DNA of 64,000 nucleotides from Mustelus asterias (GCF_964213995.1 NC_135822.1:57784001-57848000); one strand, 5' to 3'; positions 1-12,499 are shown, numbered from the stretch's first letter. Numbers and translations: made by a program. The notes: generated by a model from the letters alone, not told the origin.

Positions 1-31
1 AACACACTAAAAGTGTTAAATTAATAGCATG

Positions 32-330
32 GGATGGCACGGGGTGGCACAGTGGTTAGCACTGCTGCCTCACAGCGCCAGGGACCCGGGTTCGATTCCC
101 GGCTTGGGTCACTGTCTGTACGGAGTCTGCACGTTCTCCCCGTGTCTGCGTGGGTTTCCTCCAGGTGCTCCGGTTTCCTCCCACAGTCTGAAAGACGTGC
201 TGGTTAGGTGCTAAATTCTCCCTCAGTGTAACCCGAACAGGCGCCAGAGTGTAGCGACTAGGGGATTTTCACAGTAACTTCATTGCAGTGTTAATGTAAG
301 CTTGCTTGTGACACTAATAAATAAACTTTA
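32..330 (+). mobile_element. tRNA-derived V-SINE (HE1-type head) with tail type B
   Basis: A-box tggcacagtgg, B-box gggttcgattccc, V-domain gtctgcgtgggtttcctcc, tail ...cagtaacttcattgcagtgttaatgtaag...aataaataaacttta. Confidence 0.9.
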
Positions 331-1455
331 AACTGAAATGTTGAAACTGTTCGGCAGGTCAGCTGAACTGGGAAAAACCAAGTTCGCATTTTAGGCGGGG
401 CTCTGATAGAATTGGTGAAGGGTCTACAGGTGAAGCATTACCCTGCCTCTTTCATATGTTTACTGGCCTGTATTTCACATCTGTAACCACTGGCCGCCAC
501 TGATTTTCTCTCCACTATAAAGCTGTAATATTTTTTAACCTTACAGCTTCTTCTACAGGGAGCCTGCGCATACCCAGATCTCAGTAACTAAAAGAACTGG
601 TAGAGCAAATTCTTCTGTGAGTAAGGAATCAAATTTATTTTAGGGTTAGTCTGGAAAGTGTTACACAATTGCCAAAGCCCTGGGATTGTGAATCACACCA
701 AGATCTGAATGATTTTTACTGTGCCCTTTGAACTAGTGTCTTAAAGTATTTGGCTACCATCCTCTACATATTTAGCATCCACTTCACCCTATGAAGAAAA
801 AATATGCCACACAGAAGAAAACTAATTGTGTAATTTGTCTTATTAATTTGTTGGAAACTCATTAACAATATTTGACTGACATCAGTAATCTACCAAGAAT
901 TCACCAATTCCTTTCTTCACCTCCTGTCTCTTGCTCATACACCAAACTTTAAATCTGATGTCACTTTTTACTGTTTCATTCTTCAGCCCTGAACCAACAT
1001 GATGATTTTCAACCAAGCTTCTGTGAAGTTGTAGCATCTGACAGGTCTTCAAGTCCATGGAATTCATTTCTTTACATACTCCTCAGTTACACGATGTATA
1101 TTCTCCACGTAGCAGCCAGTCAGAGCAGATGCAATAGAGCTGCTCGAGACGTTTTGCCCGTCAACTTTCTCTCTCTCTCTCCCCCCATGACCTGTGCTTG
1201 CCAATCTAACCCCTTCCCACCCCAAAATCACCATGTGGCAAATGGAGATGCATCTCTGCATCCGACTGCTCCATGACACATTATGCAGATTTAGAATAAT
1301 GTACTATTCAAAATAACATTTCCTGCAAAGTTGTCTGATAAATTCACCTTTCAATACGACTAACTAGTTACTGAGGTCTGGGTACACATAGGCTAACTGT
1401 AGGAGAGCATGAGCTGTTTGTGCAGCATTATGAAGACTCCTTGTACAAAACATAA

Positions 1456-1980
1456 AACATAGGATCAGGATTAGGCCACTCGGCCCATCGAGTCTGCTCT
1501 GCCATTCAATCATGGTTGATATTTTTCTCATCCCCATTTTCCTGCCTTTTCCCCATAACCCCTGATTCCCTTATTAATCAAGAACCTATCTATCTCTGTC
1601 TTAAAGACACTCAATGACCTGGCCTCCACAGCCTTCTGCGGCAAAGAGTTCCACAGATTCACCACTCTCTGGCTGCAGAAATTCCTCCTCATCTCTGTTT
1701 TAAAGGATCGCCCCTTTAGTCTGAGGTTGTGCCCTCTGGTTCTAGTTTTTCCTACTAGTACAAACATCCTCTCCACATCCACTGTATCCAGGCCTTGCAG
1801 TATCCTGTAAGTTTCAATAAGATCCCCCCATATCCTTCTAAATTCTAATGTGTACAGACCGTTCTTCATACGACAAGCTCCTCATTCCAGGGATCATTCT
1901 TGTGAACCTCCTCTGGACCCTTTCCAAGGCCGGCACATCCTTCCTTAGATACAGGGCCCAAGACTGCTCACAATACTGCA
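1456..1980 (-). mobile_element. CR1 LINE 3' fragment
   Basis: ORF2 C-terminal motifs GDLIETYRIL, RTRGHNLRL, RNFCSQRVVNLWNSLP; CR1-type 3' UTR. Confidence 0.9.
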
Positions 1981-2269
1981 AACATCTTGATTTTATTGTC
2001 TAATACGATTGATGGGCCGTGTATGGTGAAATGTTATTTAAAAACTAAAAATCAAAAAATGCAGCCTTTTATAAGAATACTTTAACACCATCAATGTAAT
2101 CCATTATCCTGTTAATTGTAGAATGATGTATGTCATTATTTGTAATACATGTTTGAAAATGGTTGTAACACACATTACATATGATGAACATTACACAGAT
2201 AAAGCACCTTAAATATAGAATAGGTGCAGGAAAGCTATTCAGCATCACCAGGCCACGTTGGTGCTTCAT

Positions 2270-2445
2270 CTCCTAATGTCCTTCAGGGGAGGAAATCTGC
2301 TATCCTTCCCTGGTCTGGCCTACAGCAAAGTAGTTGGCTCTTAACTACCCTTTGAAATGGCCTAGCAAGTCACACAAATCAAGGGTAATGAGGTGTGGGC
2401 CAAAAATGCTGGCTCTGTCAGTGACGCTCATCTTCCATTAAATAA
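2270..2445 (+). mobile_element. Old partial copy of the bipartite tRNA-SINE (body plus tail)
   Basis: ctaatgtccttcaggggaggaaatctgc...ctggtctggcctac...tagcaagtcacac...aagggtaat...aaatgctggc; homologous to 4551-4905. Confidence 0.75.
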
Positions 2446-3651
2446 TACATTTTTTAAAAAACCTTCCACCAAAGCAAATGGAACAAAGTGGAAGTCCTGG
2501 ACTCTGTGTGAATCTGCAGGAAATGGCAGGATTCTGTCCAGGGATTGCAGAGAGTAAATCTCTCAACAAACACTTGAAGAAAAGCTTGTCCCATTTCAAA
2601 TACCATATCTACTGACATATTGGGCAGGACCTATCCATAATCATACATCAGATCAGTTCCAAAGTTGTATGGCATTTAACCAATAATTCCTCACTTCAAA
2701 CCCGTACAGGTACAATTTAATCCCAATTCCAAGGAAGTCTTGCAACAATTTCCTGTCATGAAGGACAGTCTTCCCTTTCCCCTGCTAGCTCTTCTTCACA
2801 ACTTTACATTAATTTTGAAAATGTTTGAGAAAGTTTGGATTCAAATGCACAATCTTCTGTCTGTATTATAAATGAGCTAAGATGTGTGAAAGCCTGAAAG
2901 ATACAAGTAAATTATTGGATTACTAATTAACCAGTTTGGCAAACTTTACAGAAGTGTTCACAAATAACTACTTAAACCAGAACAACCATCAGTTAATCAG
3001 CAACCTCGAAGTTTACTGGAGTTCTTCAAAACTGCCAAATATTTGAGTCAGATTCAATAAAATTCCAGGCCCCTCTCCCGTCACAAAGCTCATTTTGCTC
3101 CATACCATCACTATGGTTAGTTTATGGTGGATAATCAAAATTATCTACTGCAGCCCCAGCTCCAAAATGGAGTTTACCTTCAAATCCCGGTCTTGCAGTT
3201 GTAAGTGTTTTGCTAGTTCTTATTAATTTCTTACAATATCACAAACCTAAGATCTTGTGTGTTCAGATTATTTTTCATTTTAATAAGAGAACAATAACTT
3301 ACAGTTATCACCTTTCTTTACTTAATCATCAGTTCCATTCATTGCGTTGTGTCAGCAGAATATGTGCAGCATATCAAAACTTCCGGTGTATTCGGAAAGA
3401 GCCTCCAATTCTACACCAACAATATAATACATCCATTTTCTTTCATTTTAAACTGCCCAACTTTTAACTCATTGCAATACAATGTCTGCTATATTTTAAG
3501 AAGCACAATAAATAAACTAGTTATCCTAGAAACAGCTCACTGCACTCAAGGAAATGCCACTCAACATTGAAGATGAGTTGTATGATGCTTGCACCAATTG
3601 CATGGAAGTTGTGTTTCATTCACTACTGTAGGCAACTTGCAGCATTCACAA

Positions 3652-3688
3652 CTCTATGGCAATGTATGCACCATACACTGCCATAGAG
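3652..3688 (-). other. 17-bp stem / 3-nt loop hairpin
   Basis: ctctatggcaatgtatg-cac-catacactgccatagag; the single mismatch is a G.U pair on the minus strand. Confidence 0.8.
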
Positions 3689-4111
3689 AACCAGGTGAGA
3701 GAGTGCAGTGTGACCCTCTGTTCACTGCATGCCATATATACAGGAGCTTTGAATATCATTCACAGCCACTGAATGTAAATACTTGTGAAGCTTTTATCGG
3801 TGTATACAGCACATTACCCGAGGCTTGCAAAGTGTGAGCCACTAAGGTTTGTGCCGACTCTTGTTGGCTTTGTAATGAGTTCCGAAACACATAATTCACA
3901 GACTGTATATAAACAGTTTAAAAAACAAGCCAAAGGGCAATGTTTGGAAATTATCTGTTAAATTACTTTAACTGTGGAAAAGGTCTAATAGTGAGAGCTG
4001 TTGTAGTTTGTGTTGTTGAAGGTCAGCTGACCTGTACATCTGCATTCCTTTGGTCTTGCTAGTGTTACAAACAGTATTGATTAATCATATTTTGTATTTA
4101 ATATTGCATTT

Positions 4112-4160
4112 TTTATTCATTATTAAATGTGACACCAATCAGTCTTCAGAGTGGTTTATT
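4112..4160 (-). promoter_or_regulatory. Candidate POLB polyadenylation signals (AATAAA at 4160-4155 and 4117-4112)
   Basis: Two tttatt hexamers on the + strand, ~240 and ~280 nt downstream of the stop, in AT-rich sequence. Usage not provable from sequence. Confidence 0.5.
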
Positions 4161-4397
4161 GCTGTTACTCACAGACCTTTATAGAAAAGCCAGTCTTCTC
4201 TACAAAGACATTCTAGCTTCATGCATAATATACGAGCCATCTATGCGTTTACAAAGTTCTTTAGCAAGCAATTGAGAAATCCTTATGAATGTTTCAGCTA
4301 GTTCTAAACTTATCAGGACTCATCGCAGTCTCCATCCCATGGAATTTCAGAGGACGTCTTCTATTAAGAGGTTCTGAGAGTAACCCTCAGGTGACAC

Positions 4398-4492
4398 TCA
4401 CTCACTTCGCTCTCGCGGCTCTCGATATTTCCAGCCGATGTAATCGAAGATGTCCTTTTCACTTTCCACAGGCAGTGGTTCCCCTGGCACTC
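4398..4492 (-). CDS. POLB: DNA polymerase beta, terminal coding exon (exon 14)
   Basis: Minus strand reads ctgcag|GA GTG CCA GGG GAA... = (G)[33 protein letters not shown] at 4400-4398. Matches the human C-terminus [31 protein letters not shown]. 95 coding nt, phase compatible with exon 13. Too short for the ORF track. Confidence 0.97.
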
Positions 4493-4550
4493 CTGCAGTT
4501 AACACACAGTAGGATGTTAATCATACAGACACCATTCTACTGAACATTTC

Positions 4551-4905
4551 TTTTCATTCATCTGTGGGGCGTTGCTGGCTGGGTCAGCATTTATTGCCCA
4601 TCCCTAGTTGCCCTTGGAGGGCAGTTGAGAATCAACCACATTGCTGTGGCTCTGGAGTCACATGTAGGCCAGACCGGGTAAGGACGGTAGATTTCCTTCC
4701 CTAAAGGACATTAGTGAACCAGATGGGTTTTTCTGACAATCAACTGTGGTTTCATGGTCATCAGTAGATTCTTAACTCCAGATATTTTTTATTGAATTCA
4801 AATTTCACCATTTGCCGTGACGGGATTCGAACCCGGGTCCCCAGAACATTAGCTGAGTTTCTGGTTTAATAGTCTAGTGATAATACCATTAGGCCACCGC
4901 CTCTC
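4551..4905 (-). mobile_element. tRNA-headed SINE with LINE-derived body and tail (near full length)
   Basis: Minus strand: A-box gtggcctaatgg, B-box gggttcgaatccc, body ctggttcactaatgtcctttagggaaggaaatc, tail gggatgggcaataaatgctg...gaatgaa. Highly similar to 30655-31006. Confidence 0.88.
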
Positions 4906-5179
4906 CATAATCAATTGAGGATGAAGGTGGGCATTTTTTTACAATATTAAAGCTAAAATAAAGACTAAAAATAAAAGCTACCTCAACTTTAATCCCCAGC
5001 AATTTATCAGCATGAATGAGATTCATTAGGTCAATAATTCTCTTCCCCCTCCCCGAAGGGTGCTGTTAGACACAGGGCATACCACCAAGGTGCATAGGAA
5101 CTTGTGGTGCCATGCTCAAGTGGGTATTCTTCATGACTGAACCATAACTAATGGAAAGTTGTGTGGGACATGACAGCTG

Positions 5180-5330
5180 AGCCCTGATGGAAGTGGCCCT
5201 ACAAATAGTGGACGCATTGGTGATCATTTTCCAGCATTCTACAGACTCTGGAAGAGTTCCAGTGGATTAGAAAGTATAGACTCCAGAAGAGTTCAAGTGG
5301 ATTGGAAAGTAGCTAATGTAACCCTGCTTT
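5180..5330 (+). mobile_element. Short CR1 ORF2 fragment with internal ~35-bp tandem duplication
   Basis: Encodes GPDG..P.IVDALVIIFQHS.DSG.VPVDWKVANVT; agactc..gaagagttc.agtggatt.gaaagta occurs twice. Confidence 0.75.
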
Positions 5331-5391
5331 TTTTACTCTGCACCCACAGTAATGTGGTTGACTCTTATTTGCCTTCTAGCAAGTCACTCAA

Positions 5392-7890
5392 AGAACAAAG
5401 AACAAAGAACAATACAGCACAGGAACAGGCCCTTCGGCCCTCCAAGCCCGCGCTGCTCCCCGGTCCAGGATTGAATCCTGAATCCAGGATCCCCGCCCAA
5501 TTTTCCAGCCTATCTACATCCTAATATCCTATCCACCGAGCTGTCCCTCACAGCTACGATGCTTTGTTCATCACAACCTATTAACTCACCCCCACCCCCC
5601 CCATTCCAGACCATGTGATCTCCAGGGAGAGGCGAAAACCCAGAGTGAAAACCCCAGGGCCAATATAGGGAAAGAAAAATCTGGGAAATTCCTCTCCGAC
5701 CCCCTAAGGCGATCGAAACGAGTCCAGGAGATCACACTGGCCCTGATCGGAAAATGCTTCCCAACCCTATTCATTTCCACTTCTGCTTTACGAACACCAT
5801 CTGAATTCCCTGCCCCCGAGACAGGTTCCCAACTATCCGCAGTCTCGCTCTGTACTGGCACCAGCAAGATGATCATAGAATGAAGCCTTGAAACGAGAAA
5901 CAAAGAACAATTAGCATGCGCCGCTCCCTGGTCCAAACTAGACCACTCTTTTGTATCCCTCCATTCCCACTCCGTTCATATAGCTGTCTAGATAAGTCTT
6001 AAACGTTCCCAGTGTGTCCGCCTCTACCACCTTGCCCGGCAACACATTCCAGGCCCCCACGACCCTCTGTGTAAAATATGTCCTTCTGATATCTGTGTTA
6101 AACCTCCCCCCCTTCACCTTGAACCTATGACCCCTCGTGAACGTCACCACCGACCCGGGGAAAAGCTTCCCACCGTTCACCCTATCTATGCCTTTCATAA
6201 TTTTATACACCTCTTTTAAGTCTCCCCTCATCCTCCGTCTTTCCAAGGAGAACAACCCCAGTTTCCCCAATCTCTCCTCATAACCAAGCCCCTCCATACC
6301 AGGCAACATCCTGGTAAACCTCCTCTGTACTCTCTCCAAAGCCTCCACATCCTTCTGGTAGTGTGGCGACCAGAACTGGACGCAGTATTCCAAATGCGGC
6401 CGAACCAACGTTCTATACATCTGCAACATCAGACCCCAACTTTTATACTCTATGCCCCGTCCTATAAAGGTAAGCATGCCATATGCCTTCTTCACCACCT
6501 TCTCCACCTGTGACATCACCTTCAAAGATCTGTGGACTTGCACACCCAGGTCCCTCTGCGTCTCTACACCCTTTATGGTTCTTCCATTTATCGTGTAGCT
6601 CCTCCCTACATTATTCCCACCAAAATGCATCACTTCGCATTTATCAGGATTGAACTCCATCTGCCATTTCCTTGCCCAAATTTCCAGCCTATCTGTATCC
6701 TTCTGTAGCCTCTGACAATGTTCCTCACTATCTGCAAGTCCTGCCAGTTTTGTGTCGTCCGCAAACTTACTGATCACCCCAGTTACTCCTTCTTCCAGAT
6801 CATTTATATAAATCACAAACAGCAGAGGTCCCAATACAGAGCCCTGCGGTACACCACTAGTCACAGGCCTCCAGCCGGAAAAAGACCCTTCCACTACCAC
6901 CCTCTGTCTTCTATGACCAAGCCAGTTCTCCACCCATCTAGCCACCTCCCCCTTTATCCCATGAGATCCAACTTTTTTCACTAGCCTACCATGAGGGACT
7001 TTGTCAAACGCTTTACTAAAGTCCATATAGACAACATCCACGGCCCTTCCTTCGTCAACCATTTTGGTCACTTCTTCAAAAAACACCACCAGGTTAGTGA
7101 GGCATGACCTCCTTCTCACAAAACCATGCTGACTATCGTTAATGAGTTTATTCCTTTCTAAATGCGCATACATCCTATCTCTAAGAATCTTCTCCAACAA
7201 CTTCCCCACCACGGACGTCAAGCTCATCGGCCTATAATTACCCGGGTTATCCTTCCTACCCTTCTTAAATAACGGGACCACATTGGCTATCCTCCAATCC
7301 TCTGGGACCTCACCTGCGTCCAGTGACGAGACAAAGATTTGCGTCAGAGGCCCAACGATTTCACCTCTCGTCTCCCTGAGCAGCCTTGGATAGATTCCAT
7401 CAGGACCTGGGGATTTGTCAGTCTTTATATTCTCTAACAAACCTAACACTTCCTCCTTTGTAATGGAGATTTTCTCCAACGGTTCAACACTCCCCTCAGA
7501 GACACTCCCAGTCAACACATCCCTCTCCTTTGTGAATACCGACGCAAAGTATTCATTTAGGATCTCCCCTACTTCTTTGGGCTCCAAGCATAAGTCCCCA
7601 CTTTTGTCCCTGAGAGGTCCGATTTTTTTCCCTAACAACCCTTTTGTTCCTAACGTATGAATAAAATGCCTTGGGATTCTCCTTAATCCTGTCTGCCAAG
7701 AACATTTCGTGACCCCTTTTTGCTCTTCTAATTCCCCGTTTGAGTACTTTCCTACTTTCTTTGTACTCCTCCAGAGCTCCCTCCGTTTTTAGCTGCTTGG
7801 ACCTAACATACGCCTCTCTTTTCTTTTTGACCAGTCCCTCAATTTCCCTGGTTATCCACGGTTCTCTAATCCTACCCTTCCTATCCTTGA
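5392..7890 (-). mobile_element. Young 5'-truncated CR1 LINE (ORF2 RT plus long 3' UTR) with 6-bp TSD
   Basis: 566-aa ORF 7638-5938 with KSPGPDGIYP, NYRP, QHGF, DFSKAFDKV, GVPQGSVLGP, FADD. The frame continues to ~7889 across one extra base in the T7 run at 7623-7629. Tail (ttgttct)n; TSD actcaa at 5386-5391 and 7891-7896. Confidence 0.96.
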
Positions 7891-7896
7891 ACTCAA

Positions 7897-9030
7897 TTGA
7901 ATCAAAACTGCTAAATGTTTACTAAAAGGAACAACCCAGACATATAGCTCGGCATTGACCTGGACACTGGAAATGACAATGGCAAATCCAGCCCTGTTGA
8001 CCCTGCAAAGTTATCCTCACTAACATCTGGAGGCTTGTGCCAAAATTGGAAGAGTTGTCTTACAGACTAGTCCAGCAACAGCCTGGCATAGCCATACTCA
8101 CAGAATCAGACTTTACAGATAATGTCCCAGGCGCCACCATCACCATCCCTGGGCATGTCCTGTTCCACCTACAGGACAGGCCCATCAGAGAAGGCAGAAT
8201 GGTGGTATACAGTCAGGAGGGAGTTGCCTGTACACAAGAAACAGGACGAACCCAACCGAACCATTTACTGCCCCATCAGTCTACTCTCGATCATCAGCAA
8301 AGCTATGGAGAGTGTCATTCACAGTGCTATCAAGTGGCATATACTTGGCAATAACTAGCTCACTGACACTCAGTTTGGATTTTGCCAGGTCCACTCAGCT
8401 CATAACCTTATTACAGACTTAGTCCAAACATAGACAAAAGAGCTGAATTCTAGAAATGAGGTGAGAGTGACTGCTCTTGACATCAAGGCAGCTTTTGATC
8501 AAGGTTAGGTGTCAAGGAGCCCTAACAAAACAGGGGGGAAATTCTTCACTGGTTGGAGTCATAACTAGCACAAAGGAATATGGCTGTGGTTGTTGGAAAT
8601 CAATCACCTCGGTCCCAGGACATCACAGTAGGATTTCCTCAGGGTCATGTCCTGGGCCCAACCATCTACAGTTGCTTCATCACTGACTTTCACTCAAAGT
8701 CAGAAGTGGGATGTTCACTGATGAATGCAAAAAATTCTGCACCATTCGCTATAATCAAGCAGCCGGTGCTACATGCAGCAAGACCTGGATAACATTTAGG
8801 CTTGGGCTAATAAGTAGCAAGTAACATTCACGCCACATAAGTGCGAGGCAATGACCATCTCCAACAAGAGGGAACCCCACTATCTCCCCTTGACATTCAA
8901 CAGCATTATCATCATTCAATCCCTCACTGGGGGGACACCATGGACCAGAAACTGAACTGGAGCCAGCCATAGAAATACAGTGGCTACAAAAACACGTCAG
9001 AGGCTGGGAATTCTGTGGAAAGTAGCCACC
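7897..9030 (+). mobile_element. Degenerate invertebrate-type (Zenon/amphioxus-like) CR1-group LINE: 5' UTR, endonuclease start, RT pieces; 5' part continues at 5335-5391
   Basis: APE-like start (LTNIW..PKLEELSYRLVQQQPGIAILTES) joined by internal deletion to PVHKKQD..YCPISLLSIISKAMES and GFPQGHVLGP; many stops and frameshifts. Confidence 0.82.
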
Positions 9031-9471
9031 AGTTTAAGAAGTGTATTTAATTAATGCAAATAAAGGTTTCGTACAAAGGGTCTGATATTTTTAATGGGAT
9101 GCTCGCAAGGTTGGCTTAAATTTCTGAAGCTATGTACAAGAATATATTATGTTTCACTGAAACGTGACAGAAATTAGATACAAAGTTTATTGATGCTTTG
9201 ACATAATTTAATGCAGCACCTGCAATACCTTCAGGGGAAAAGACCATCTTTGAAACCATAAGCCAATGACTGGAAAACAATCATTTTAACTACTTGTGCG
9301 TTTATACCCGGCAAGTTCATTTTGTAATTCCCAAATGCATTTGTCCCAGGTCTCCATCATGACTTTCTCTGAGACACAATGATGTTATTCTGCAATGGAT
9401 CCCTGCTACACATTTGTATAAAGGCATAATTTCCACTGGGGACTGAAAGATATTCCAGAGTTAACAATTTA

Positions 9472-10510
9472 GGATGCAATCGTACGACCTTGTCCCGCCC
9501 GTTGTTCAGCAAGCTGAGATGGTAAGATTGCATGAGAGGCTTAAAATTGGGTTTGCGTCTATTTTCTCGCCTCACACAATCCTGTTTTGCTGGCGAAATC
9601 GGCTTCTCGCCCTGATTTTAATATTAATGACATGATTAACATGTCATTAGCGAGTCCCGGACGCTATCGTTTGGGCTCACTTACACTTACCCCCTCGCTG
9701 GCCGAGCTTCACACTGGTGAGAATCGCAACCGGTCTCCATCAGAGGAGACCAGACGTGATGGCCTCGCTGGACGGATCGGAGGCCATTGAAGTCCCTAGT
9801 AGTCGGCGGCATAGCCGGACAGTGCCCTTGGGACTGGGCCACCTTGGCAGTGCCCGCCTGGAACTTGGCAGTGCCTACCAGGCACCAGAACCGCCAGGGT
9901 GAGACGACGTTGGAGCTCCACAGGAGTGAGGGAGAGGGAAGCTCTGTAAGGGGGAGGCAAAGGGGGAGCTCTGTAGACAGGGGGTGATCGGCGGGGAGAG
10001 AGGGAGCACTACAGGGCTGGTGATCGGCAGGCGGGAACTCTGCAGACGGGGGGAGTGATCAGTGGGGGGGGGTGGGGGGGGGGAGCTCTCTGCAGATGGG
10101 AGTATCAGTGGGGTGAGAGTTGTGCAGGGGTGGTGATCGGCTGGGGGAGGGGTAACTCTGCAGATGGGGCGGGGGGGGGGGGGGGGGGTGGACGGAGGGA
10201 ACCAGTACAGGGAGCAATCAGTGTTTGGGGGGTAGGGGACACACACGATATCCATGGGGCAGGTGGGGGGGAATGGCAGGAGATCTCCCAGTTCACTCGA
10301 AAATCAGGGCACCTGCACAATGGCGCCCCAAGCTTTTTGCAGTCGGCTTCACCGGTGAGCTTAGGTTCCCCCCCTTACTGGTGAGAATCGCAACGGGGCT
10401 CTTTTATGGACCGAGTGCTGTAAGATTGAGACTCGCTGAAAAAACCGGCACCATTCTCTCCCATTTTCTCGCTTGTTCGGCACTCAGAATTTTTTTTGCA
10501 AGACTGCACT
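9472..10510. mobile_element. GC-rich non-autonomous TIR element, copy A
   Basis: Degenerate TIRs ggatgcaatcgtac / gcaagactgcact; GGCAGTGCC cluster ~9820-9885; G-run tract with gatcg motifs; terminus ggcactcagaatttttttt shared with copies C and D. Confidence 0.7.
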
Positions 10511-11189
10511 GTAAACAGCTTTTATCTGTAAAAACTTCTCATATTTCTGCTCTACTGAAGACTTCAACTCTTTTATTACAATTACAGATACAACTGATAA
10601 ATTCTCATGCAACAACCCAATACTGACTCCTTCCAAAGGGAAAGGTATCGGGATAACGCACCAACATCAAGAGGCTTTGCACTCAGTTCAAGAATGGCAT
10701 TGCCAAGCGGATAGTTAACAGCTTGCCTGACAGTTGTTGACTTAATTATGAAATCTTTTAATTGCTGCGAGGTGAGAAGAATATATCTTCTGAAATTTAG
10801 AAGAAACAATTTAGCAAAAATGATTATTCACAAAGAGCCCATAAGAAGTTAAAAGATGCAGTGTTTGGACAGTGTAGTACATTTTAAATTGAGTCTGGGT
10901 AAAGATGCAGAAATGCCCTTTAGCAACTGCCTCCTTTATTTCATTAGGGAGATATTTATATTGAATACAATTATAGGTTAGTGAGCAGTTGTGAATCCAA
11001 TGCTTCTATTTTTGTTGAAACCAAAACGTTTTGTGCAGAGAGAAAGGCTTTCCAATTACATCTCATTATGGATGTGCCTCTGAGATTACAGGGCTCTGGA
11101 ATATCGGATCCACTAATTACGAGTCAACAAAACTCATGTCAAAGTCTGCAAACAACACAGCACAGATCTGCAGTCCAAATGAATTCCAT

Positions 11190-11920
11190 GGGCGGAATTC
11201 TCCCCCAAAAAACTGTGTTGAATTCAAGTGAAAACTGGAGTAATTAACACTGTTTGTTTCAGTGGGAGTTCAGAGAAGAATCTCCCACACTCTGTGTGGG
11301 AAGCCTCTAGTGTGGATATCATTAAATTTCAAGGGGCAGGGTCTATCCCAGCTGGAAGGGCTGAAATGGGGGCGCTGAGTGGGCTACTGTGCATGCGCCG
11401 ATCTGTCAGTGCCGAGATCAGCGCATGTGCAGTGGCCCCCTACAGATGGCCTCCCAATTGCTGGCCAGTTCGATCACTGGCCAGTTGCGTAACCCCCACT
11501 CTTCTCCCCACCCCCATGGCCCAATCGCTGGTCCCCCCGACCATTTCTGGGTCCAGCCCCCCTCCCCCCCCTTCTTCCCAGTCCGCCGCGATCGCCAGCC
11601 ACCTCCCCCCCCCCCCAGCAACCATTGAATAAAGAACAATAAATTAGCAGAAAGAAATTCTTGCCAGGGGGCACCTTCGCACTGCCCATTGGGCATGGGA
11701 CAGTGCCAAGGGGGTGGAGCATATGAGGGTGGGGCTGAGGGGGTGGGGGGGTCCTGCTGCCACTGCATAGGCATTGGTGGGGGAAGCAGGGAGGCCAGAG
11801 ATCAGGGCAGGCTAGAGGAGGGGAGGTCAGCCAGGGGGTGTGGTCAGCCTGCTGGGGGAGTCGGCACTGCGGGAGTGTGGGGCTGGACTGCCGGGGAGAA
11901 CCGGTGGTGGGGAGAGGGGG
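11190..11920. mobile_element. GC-rich TIR element, copy B (opposite orientation, truncated by CR1)
   Basis: Starts gggcggaattctccc, the reverse complement of the copy C end; gcatgcgccgatc...cagcgcatgtgc motif; C-rich tract; gcactgcccattgggca cluster. Confidence 0.7.
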
Positions 11921-12490
11921 GCCTGGAGTACAGTGTGCAGTTTTGGTGTGCTTATCTGAGGAAGGATGTTTCTTGCTATAGAGGGAGCGTAGCAATGGTT
12001 TACCAGTTTGATTCCTGGGATGGCAGATCTGTCATTTGAAGAGAGTAAGTCAGCTAGGATGATAGCTTTGGAAGAATGAGAGGGGATCTTATAGAAATTT
12101 TAAAATTCTAACTGGATTTGATAAGGTGGATTCAGATATAATGTTCCCAATGATGGGTGAGTCCAGAACTAAGGGTCATAGCTTGAAGATAAGGGGTTAT
12201 CTCTTTTAGGACTGAGGTGAGGAAAAATTTCTTCACCCAGAGAGCGGTGAATATATGGAATTCATTATCACAGAAAGTAGTTGAGGCCAAAACGTTGTGA
12301 GATTTCAAGAAGAAATTAGATATCGCTCTTGGGGCTAAAGGGACCAAGGGATAACGTTGGGGGGAGGAGGGGTGCTGGGAAACAGGATCAGGATATTGGA
12401 TTTGATGATCAGCCATGATCAAAATGAATGGCCGAACTGGCTCGAAGGGCCGAATGTCCAACTCTTGCTTCTATTTTTTATGTTTCTACA
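11921..12490 (+). mobile_element. CR1 3' fragment
   Basis: LEYSVQFW..., RTKGHSLKI, KNFFTQRAVNIWNSL; CR1 3' UTR and tail. Confidence 0.85.
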
Positions 12491-12499
12491 TAAAGAGCA

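Noticed and set aside
29-214. Recurrent short ORFs such as GHCLCGVCTFSPCLRGFPPGAPVSSHS
   Set aside because: Translations of the V-SINE body, not a gene family.
882-1279. Two adjacent minus-strand ORFs with protein-like composition
   Set aside because: No recognisable family, motif or splice structure.
5938-7638. 566-aa RT ORF as a domesticated host gene or autonomous element
   Set aside because: 5'-truncated with no endonuclease or ORF1, no ATG start, bounded by TSD and tail; an ordinary young CR1 copy.
9587-12039. Many overlapping Pro/Gly-rich ORFs (also 37433-38100, 43202-43878, 60648-61668)
   Set aside because: Artefacts of stop-poor GC-rich TIR elements.
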